This document shows positions 1-4,758 of a stretch of 4,758 nucleotides of DNA, piece after piece. Within the stretch, counting starts at the first letter, position 1. Each line of letters starts with the position of its first letter. Origin of the DNA: a virus (taxonomy: Duplodnaviria; Heunggongvirae; Uroviricota; Caudoviricetes). The DNA lies in the IMG/VR virus record IMGVR_UViG_2802429219_000009; one strand, written 5' to 3'. The notes below the pieces were generated by a model. That model saw only the letters and a program-made list of their open reading frames with translations, was not told the origin of the DNA and made no database searches. The translations under genes were made by a program, and so were the position numbers.

Positions 1-2160
1 GGTTTTCCGCCTTCACATGCCGGGACCATTACCGTCTATGAAGGTTCCAGACCAGGTACGCTGAATGATTTTCTCGGTGCCATGACGGAAGATGATGTCA
101 TGCCGGAGGCATTGCGTCGTTTTGAGGCAATGGTGGAAGAAGCGGCACGCAACGCTGAAGCCGCCTCTCAGAGCGCAGCAGCGGCAAAGAAATCCGAAAC
201 TGCAGCGGCATCATCGAAGAACGCGGCGAAAACCTCAGAAACGAATGCAGCTAACAGCGCACAGGCGGCAGCGTCCTCGCAGACTGCATCGGCAAACTCC
301 GCGACAGCAGCCAAAAAATCAGAAACCAATGCGAAAAACAGTGAGACAGCCGCAAAGACGAGCGAAACCAACGCAAAGTCCAGCCAGACGGCAGCGAAAA
401 CAAGCGAAACGAATGCCAAAGCCAGTGAAACTGCGGCGAAAAGCAGTCAGGATGCAGCAGCCGAAAGCGAGAGTGCTGCAGCTGGTTCTGCGACTTCAGC
501 AGCTGGATCAGCAACTGCTGCGGCTAACAGCCAGAAAGCCGCGAAGACGAGCGAAACTAACGCAAAGTCCAGCCAGACGGCAGCGAAGACCAGCGAAACG
601 AATGCCAAAGCCAGCGAAACTGCGGCGAAAAACAGTCAGGATGCAGCAGCCCAAAGCGAGAGTGCCGCAGCTGGTTCTGCAACAGCGGCAGCTAATAGCC
701 AAAAAGTTGCAAAAACCAGTGAAACTAACGCAAAGACGAGTGAAACAAAAGCAGCAGCCAGCGAGACAGAAGCAACGTCAGCCGCAACAAGAGCAGAGAA
801 TGCAGCCCGGATTGCAGAAGATGCCGCTGATCCTGCTTCTGTCCCTCCGCTTCCTGATATCTGGCTACCCTTGAATGATTCTCTGGAAGCGATAACAGGG
901 TATGCCCCGGGCTATAAAACAATAACCATCGGCAGTGATGAAATAACAATGCCTGTTAATGGCATATGCCAATTTAGCCGGGCTTCATCTGCAACGTATA
1001 TTGATAAGTCCGGGCATATTACCGTGGCAGGGAATAACGTTCCTCGTTTTGAAAAATATGGTTTGCTGATAGAGAATCAGCGAACAAACATGTTCGTAAA
1101 TAGTTTTAATCCTGATGCCTGGAATAAAAGCGGTGGTATATCTGTAACATCATCAACAGATGAATTTGAGTTTAAATATGGACGTTTCACGGTAGGAAGC
1201 GATATAGCAGGAACGACAACAGGGCGAAATATATGCACAGTTGCTGGTAACAAAGGCATAGATGTGACTGGCGATGATCAGTACAGTAAAGGTCCGTATG
1301 TTACCGCGTCGTTCAGGGTAAGAAGTGATCTCAATGTTCGCGCACGTATCCGTTTTGAACGATATAACTCGGAAGGATACACCTTCCTTTGCGACGCCTA
1401 TTTGTCATTACAGACCCATGAACTACAAATTACTGGTGGCAATGCCCAGCTATTAACAGCAAACTTTGAAATCGATCCAGGTAGTGGATGGATATATTTT
1501 CAGGCAACACTGAAATGTCTGCCAGAATGGGGAATGGTTGGTACGCAGCTGCAAATTGCAGCCGACAGAGCTGTGGGGTCTTTTGCAACAGGTGACTGGA
1601 TAGAAGTAACCACCCCGCAATTCGAGTATGGTGCTTGTGCAACTTCCTTCATCATAACGACAACTGAGCCAGCGACTCGTGCATCAGATTTATGTAAATT
1701 TCCGCTGATGAAAAATATGTATACCATGCCTTTTACGTTCATGGTGGAAGTCCATAAAAACTGGTTTATTTCTCATAATGCGGCACCGCGTGTCATTGAT
1801 TCAGAAAATCACCAGTCCGGAGGCCCATTTATTATGGGGTTTGGTTCTTCTGGAACTATTAGTCAGGACGGTTATTCGTATTGCGATATAGGCGGGGCTA
1901 ACCGACGTGTATATGAGTCATGCGGAGTAAGAGATCTTGTTATGGGATTCAGGGTTAAGGCTGACGGCATGACATGCTCATTTGCAAATAAGCATATAAG
2001 CACAGAAACAAAAACAGTATGGAAATATATTCGTGAAGCTGCTGTGATTCGTATCGGGGGACAAACGACGACAGGATTACGACACCTTAATGGTCATATA
2101 AAAAACCTCCGTTTCTGGAACAGAGCATTGTCAGATACGCAGCTTAAGGAATACGTATAA
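1..2160 (+). CDS. stf: Side tail fiber protein, 5'-partial (frame open from base 1; first in-window ATG at 82). Lambda Stf/StfR-like N-terminal region and Ala-rich repetitive shaft, then a different C-terminal tip ending in a LamG/concanavalin-like motif
   Basis: Frame 1 is open from nt 1 with no stop until TAA at 2158-2160. The translation begins GFPPSHAGTITVYEGSRPGTLNDFLGAMTEDD, which matches the conserved region of lambda Stf / E. coli StfR as I recall it. Residues about 30-250 are low-complexity KTSETNAK / AAxSxxAA repeats typical of Stf shafts. The C-terminus ends ...GLRHLNGHIKNLRFWNRALSDTQLKEYV, resembling the terminal strand of LamG-like jelly-roll domains. The alternate-frame and antisense ORFs over 92..949 are composition artifacts. 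Confidence 0.85.
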   Translation, partial: GFPPSHAGTITVYEGSRPGTLNDFLGAMTEDDVMPEALRRFEAMVEEAARNAEAASQSAAAAKKSETAAASSKNAAKTSETNAANSAQAAASSQTASANSATAAKKSETNAKNSETAAKTSETNAKSSQTAAKTSETNAKASETAAKSSQDAAAESESAAAGSATSAAGSATAAANSQKAAKTSETNAKSSQTAAKTSETNAKASETAAKNSQDAAAQSESAAAGSATAAANSQKVAKTSETNAKTSETKAAASETEATSAATRAENAARIAEDAADPASVPPLPDIWLPLNDSLEAITGYAPGYKTITIGSDEITMPVNGICQFSRASSATYIDKSGHITVAGNNVPRFEKYGLLIENQRTNMFVNSFNPDAWNKSGGISVTSSTDEFEFKYGRFTVGSDIAGTTTGRNICTVAGNKGIDVTGDDQYSKGPYVTASFRVRSDLNVRARIRFERYNSEGYTFLCDAYLSLQTHELQITGGNAQLLTANFEIDPGSGWIYFQATLKCLPEWGMVGTQLQIAADRAVGSFATGDWIEVTTPQFEYGACATSFIITTTEPATRASDLCKFPLMKNMYTMPFTFMVEVHKNWFISHNAAPRVIDSENHQSGGPFIMGFGSSGTISQDGYSYCDIGGANRRVYESCGVRDLVMGFRVKADGMTCSFANKHISTETKTVWKYIREAAVIRIGGQTTTGLRHLNGHIKNLRFWNRALSDTQLKEYV
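352..750 (+). repeat. In-frame tandem coding duplication in the fiber shaft: copy A 352..540 (189 bp), copy B 541..708 (168 bp), then a diverged partial third copy from 709. Copy A also carries an internal 21-bp duplication (481..501 and 502..522)
   Basis: Read directly: gcaaagacgagcgaaaccaacgcaaagtccagccagacggcagcg... at 352 recurs as gcgaagacgagcgaaactaacgcaaagtccagccagacggcagcg... at 541 with only scattered substitutions. The protein-level copies are AKTSETNAKSSQTAAKTSETNAKASETAAKSSQDAAAESESAAAGSAT(SAAGSAT)AAANSQKA and AKTSETNAKSSQTAAKTSETNAKASETAAKNSQDAAAQSESAAAGSATAAANSQKV. Confidence 0.8.
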
Positions 2161-2429
2161 TGCGGGATATAACATTACGATTCGATAACAGAGAACAGTT
2201 TAACGCAATTGTATATGACAGTGGCCTGTTCAGTCTTGAAGAAGAAAACGGGGTTCTTGTTGATGTTATTGGCTGCGTTATCGATTACGAGGAGCCAGAA
2301 AACGAAAGATGTACAGGCATTGATCGCGGTGGTTTTTTCGTAAATATGAGGATCGTTGATAGCAGTAAAAATATATCTTCTTTAATGCCTTTCATTACGA
2401 CAGATCAGCATGTAAGGACATGGGCTTAA
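2160..2429 (+). CDS. Hypothetical small acidic protein (89 aa), translationally coupled to the tail fiber gene; function unknown
   Basis: ATG at 2160 overlaps the stf stop (TAATG). AAGGA at 2146-2150 lies 9 nt upstream of the ATG. The ORF is co-directional and tightly packed with its neighbours, with no hydrophobic segment. I recognise no family by eye. Confidence 0.55.
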   Translation: MRDITLRFDNREQFNAIVYDSGLFSLEEENGVLVDVIGCVIDYEEPENERCTGIDRGGFFVNMRIVDSSKNISSLMPFITTDQHVRTWA

Positions 2430-2441
2430 TGGAGTAAGACA

Positions 2442-3125
2442 ATGGTTACAAAAACAGTAATTCCGGGAGACATCACCACGCTAAAGGGAGATATTTCCTC
2501 AATTAACGGAAAAGTATCAACGCTTCAGACTGAGATGACCAGTGCAAAGCAGGATATCAGCTCCAGATACACAAAAACTGAAGTTGATAATAAGCTGAAA
2601 AACAAAGTGGAAGTGAACGATCTGGAAAGTGGTCGTTATGGCGGAGATTTTTATCCACTGACAGGTCGTGAAGCGTTTTATTTATGGAATTTGGCCACGA
2701 CTACAGCGGCGGCAAACCTTTATCTTAATCCTGACCCCGCAATTTCGTCTGTGCTGCGGTCAACATCGTCTATCCGCTATAAACATTCAGTAGAGACAAT
2801 AGATTCAGAGCACGCTGATCTCATTTTCAGGATGCGCCCTGTGTGGTACAGGTCACAATGCGAAAATGACAGGCGTGACTGGGGATTCTACGGATTGATT
2901 GCCGAGGAAGTAGGAGAAATTGCCCCTCAGTTTGTACACTGGCGACCAGCTAACGAAGATGATGCACCGGAAGCTATTTCCAGCAATGGCCTTGTTGCCG
3001 AAGGTGTAATGTACGAACGTCTGGTTGTTCCACTGATTCACCATATCCAGAAGCTGACTGAAAGAGTTGATGAACTTGAGTCAGAATTAAAGTTGTTATC
3101 CGTTTCCCGAAGCGATATCGGATAA
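2442..3125 (+). CDS. Tail fiber-like protein (227 aa) with an N-terminal coiled-coil-like segment and a C-terminal intramolecular chaperone domain (peptidase S74 / endosialidase-chaperone type)
   Basis: GGAG at 2431-2434 lies 7 nt upstream of the ATG at 2442. Residues about 105-220 (nt about 2754-3101) read SSIRYKHSVETIDSEHADLIFRMRPVWYRS...WGFYGLIAEEVGEIAPQFVHW...GLVAEGVMYERLVVPLIHHIQKLTERVDELESELKLL. This follows the S74 chaperone pattern (S-D-x-R-x-K-x-N-I ... P-V-x-Y ... G-F-I-A-Q-E-V ... Y-x-x-L-I-P-L-L-I-x-A-I-x-E-L ... coiled coil) recalled from endosialidase and T5 L-shaped fiber C-termini. Confidence 0.8.
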   Translation: MVTKTVIPGDITTLKGDISSINGKVSTLQTEMTSAKQDISSRYTKTEVDNKLKNKVEVNDLESGRYGGDFYPLTGREAFYLWNLATTTAAANLYLNPDPAISSVLRSTSSIRYKHSVETIDSEHADLIFRMRPVWYRSQCENDRRDWGFYGLIAEEVGEIAPQFVHWRPANEDDAPEAISSNGLVAEGVMYERLVVPLIHHIQKLTERVDELESELKLLSVSRSDIG

Positions 3126-3135
3126 AGGAGGAGTA

Positions 3136-3429
3136 ATGGATATAACACCTTTCCTTCATGCACTTTGTGCTGTGGCTGCGCAGGTACTGATTGGCCTTTT
3201 TACCGGAAACTGGGTTTACGGTGCGATAGCTGGTTGTACGTTCTTCATTGCGCGTGAACACACCCAGGCAGAATATCGCTGGATTGAAATGTTCGGGCAT
3301 GGCAAGCGGATTAACATGCCGTGGTGGGGCGGTTTTGATCCGCGTGTTTGGGATGTGGCAAGCCTGATAGATTTTGCTGTGCCGGTGGTGGCGTGTCTGC
3401 TGGTCTGGCTGTTGGTTAATCGTGGGTGA
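3136..3429 (+). CDS. Small hydrophobic membrane protein (97 aa, 2-3 predicted transmembrane segments), function unknown; candidate lysogenic-conversion or superinfection-exclusion gene
   Basis: A strong RBS (AAGGAGG at about 3125-3131) lies 5-6 nt upstream of the ATG at 3136. There are hydrophobic stretches at residues about 6-38 (FLHALCAVAAQVLIGLFTGNWVYGAIAGCTFFIA) and about 74-94 (VASLIDFAVPVVACLLVWLLV). It is the last gene of the co-directional block. Confidence 0.7.
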   Translation: MDITPFLHALCAVAAQVLIGLFTGNWVYGAIAGCTFFIAREHTQAEYRWIEMFGHGKRINMPWWGGFDPRVWDVASLIDFAVPVVACLLVWLLVNRG

Positions 3430-3439
3430 AAAAAGGTGA

Positions 3440-3559
3440 GCTGTATATGCAACGGAGGAAGAAACCCCGTTGCTGGAAGCCAGGAAAAAGTATCGGGTGT
3501 TGCTGAACCGTGTTGATACGTCAACTGCACAGGATATTGAATGGCCAGCACTGCCGTAG
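3440..3559 (+). pseudogene. tfa: 3' relic of a tail fiber assembly (tfa) gene: a start-less 39-codon frame encoding the conserved Tfa C-terminus
   Basis: Frame 2 is open only from 3440 (preceded by an in-frame TGA at 3437-3439) to TAG at 3557-3559 and encodes [39 protein letters not shown]. The motif [11 protein letters not shown]-x-A-x-DIEWP is the conserved C-terminal signature of Tfa/U-type tail fiber assembly proteins as I recall them. There is no ATG and nothing upstream to complete a full-length tfa. Confidence 0.6.
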
Positions 3560-3656
3560 GGTAAAACATATAAATTCTATAATTAGATGTATCTTTCCAT
3601 TTACGGCAAGGAAGGGGGCTTGGAAGACGTAAAGCATCTCACACCGAGATTATTTT

Positions 3657-4247
3657 TTATATGTCAGGTGTCTGAAGTTTTGCTTTGGCTCTTAAAATGG
3701 TTTGCCGCGAGGTTTTGAATTCCCGGGCAATGGCACTTATACTTACACCTGACTTAATCCGTTCGAATACCACCTGTTTCTGTTCTTCATTTAACACAGG
3801 TGGTCGACCAAAACGTTTCCCTGCGCCCCGGGCTCTTACTATCCCGGAATGAGTGCGTTCAAGTAAAAGGTCTCGTTCAAATTCAGCGACTGCTGAAATT
3901 ACTTGCATCATCATTTTTCCTGTTGGACTGGTCAGGTCAATGCCCCCCAATGCTAAGCAATGCACTCTGATACCTGTTTCGGTCAGTTGTTCCACTGTTT
4001 TCCTGATATCCATTGCATTACAACCAAGGCGATCCAATTTTGTCACAATCAATTGATCACCACATTTCAGGCGAGCAAGCAACCGGTTAAAACCAGGACG
4101 CTCACTGGTTGCTGCTGAGCCGCTAATGTGTTCTTCGATTATTTGCTGAGGTTTGATTTTAAAACCTGCACTTTCGATTTCCCGGCGTTGATTTTCGGTG
4201 GTCTGATCCAGCGTTGATATCCGACAGTAAGCAAAAATTCGAGACAT
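3657..4247 (-). CDS. pinR: Serine recombinase / DNA invertase of the Pin family (PinR/PinQ-like), 196 aa
   Basis: Intact 196-aa ORF on the - strand. The N-terminus [15 protein letters not shown] carries the catalytic-serine motif of resolvase/invertase-type serine recombinases (Ser at position 11), and the C-terminus has an HTH-like segment ([21 protein letters not shown]). From memory this is essentially the E. coli cryptic-prophage PinR/PinQ sequence; I cannot distinguish pinR from pinQ here. Its placement convergent to the stf/tfa genes matches Rac/Qin/e14 organisation. Confidence 0.92.
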
Positions 4248-4340
4248 AGTGAGACTCTATACGAAATTGGTGTTCATATCATAATGCATCTCAGAAAATA
4301 ATTTTGATTATTTTTGTGCATATTTGTATGTGCACGTTCG
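4248..4340 (-). promoter_or_regulatory. Putative pin promoter/leader region in AT-rich DNA (candidate -10 TATGAT on the - strand, + coordinates 4278-4283; no convincing -35 found)
   Basis: This is the non-coding stretch immediately upstream of the pin start codon, and it has a weak RBS (AGAG). Only a -10-like hexamer was identified by eye, so this is a low-confidence positional inference. Confidence 0.3.
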
Positions 4341-4696
4341 AAAATAAACGAATGCGTATGCAACCCCGTAATTTTGGTGAGACCCAAAATCGATTTTGTG
4401 AAAAATGGCTTTAACTCGGTTTGTTTTTCGAGTTCCGGGCGGACTCAAGGAAGAAGAATAGTGTTGCGTGTTATTTTAACCAGATTTCAAGTTGTTTGGT
4501 CGTGGAAAAGTGGAGCAAAATGTTGTTAAAGTGGAAAAATGATAAAAAAGTAAGTTTATTATATTACATTTTACCATTTAAATTTTGGTTGTCTTTAAGA
4601 ACTGATATCGCTGTTTGTAATAATTCTTTGTTGAGCTGGCCCCCTGAAATACCAGACAGTAGATGTATCTTAAAATAAGAGATAGGCTTGGATATA

Positions 4697-4758
4697 TGTC
4701 TAACACTAGTTCTAATTTTGAGATGGCTGGCGTTTTGTTAGGAAAAGAGGTGCGTAAA
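4697..4758 (+). CDS. Possible 5' end of a + strand ORF running out of the window (MSNTSSNFEMAGVLLGKEVRK...)
   Basis: ATG at 4697 is preceded by AAGAGATAGG about 8 nt upstream, and the frame stays open to the window end. It is only 20 codons and AT-rich, so this is speculative. Confidence 0.2.

Noticed and set aside
92-874. A 260-aa alternate-frame ORF on the + strand encoding an Arg/Gln/Lys-rich polypeptide
   Set aside because: It lies entirely inside the tail fiber frame, which is open from nt 1 and has recognisable Stf homology. The open frame is a by-product of the GCN/AAR-rich repetitive codons, and it has no RBS of its own.
851-876. Possible gix/pix-like crossover site (ttcctgatatctggctacccttgaat) at the shaft/tip junction
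   Set aside because: Only the first hexamer TTCCTG matches the gix/hix consensus as I recall it. The rest lacks the AAACC/GGTTT core and dyad symmetry, and no partner site was found.
168-949. Four antisense ORFs (168..419, 251..514, 508..702, 725..949) across the shaft repeat region
   Set aside because: They are low-complexity (Ala/Phe/Leu/Cys-rich) mirror images of the repetitive coding strand and overlap one another. They are composition artifacts.
1077-1742. Three short antisense ORFs within the fiber tip region (1077..1259, 1430..1642, 1500..1742)
   Set aside because: They are embedded antisense to a well-supported CDS, have no start context, and are short.
3446-3505. A 19-codon ORF ([19 protein letters not shown]) with an upstream AAGGTGAG, and a possible TTG-initiated 29-aa peptide in the tfa frame
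   Set aside because: Both are tiny and overlap the tfa relic. They are more simply explained as leftovers of the degraded tfa gene than as genes.
2853-3569. Three antisense ORFs (2853..3044, 2974..3300, 3216..3569) overlapping the 227-aa and 97-aa genes and the tfa relic
   Set aside because: The + strand genes have strong RBSs and recognisable domains, whereas the antisense products look random and mutually overlap.
3545-3656. Candidate bidirectional terminator between the convergent + block and pin
   Set aside because: I saw only weak or long-loop inverted repeats (GCCGTA ... TACGGC about 42 nt apart; a 4-bp GCAAG/CTTG stem) and no clean GC-rich stem followed by a T-run, so I could not support a terminator call.
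3853-4056. A 67-aa + strand ORF inside the pin gene
   Set aside because: It is antisense to an intact, highly recognisable serine recombinase gene and is spurious.
4314-4678. Two overlapping + strand ORFs (71 and 85 aa) in the AT-rich region
   Set aside because: They are low-complexity with no convincing RBS, in AT-rich DNA where long open frames arise by chance. I kept the region as a regulatory or non-coding candidate instead.
1-4758. CRISPR arrays, tRNA/rRNA genes, IS elements or transposase genes
   Set aside because: I saw no regularly spaced direct repeats, no tRNA-like cloverleaf candidates, and no transposase-like ORFs or terminal inverted repeats. The only repeats are the in-frame coding repeats of the fiber shaft.

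Overview
This window looks like the distal end of a lambdoid (Rac/Qin-like) enterobacterial prophage tail-fiber region. Five co-directional, tightly spaced reading frames sit on the + strand: (1) a 5'-truncated side tail fiber gene (1..2160) with a lambda Stf/StfR-like N-terminal region, an Ala/Ser/Thr/Lys-rich repetitive shaft carrying a near-identical tandem coding duplication, and a non-Stf-like C-terminal tip ending in a LamG/concanavalin-like motif; (2) an 89-aa ORF overlapping the stf stop (TAATG); (3) a 227-aa protein whose C-terminal half matches the intramolecular chaperone (peptidase S74-type) domain of tail fibers and spikes; (4) a 97-aa hydrophobic membrane protein; (5) a start-less 39-codon relic of a tail fiber assembly (tfa) gene C-terminus. 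A 196-aa serine recombinase of the Pin (PinR/PinQ-like) invertase family lies convergently on the - strand (3657..4247), followed by about 500 bp of AT-rich, apparently non-coding DNA. The most interesting reading is that the ancestral stf C-terminus plus tfa were replaced by a different receptor-binding cassette (roughly 830..3430), leaving a tfa relic and an invertase with no obvious invertible segment. All calls rest on reading the sequence and the ORF track and on family motifs recalled from memory; no database search or computation was run.
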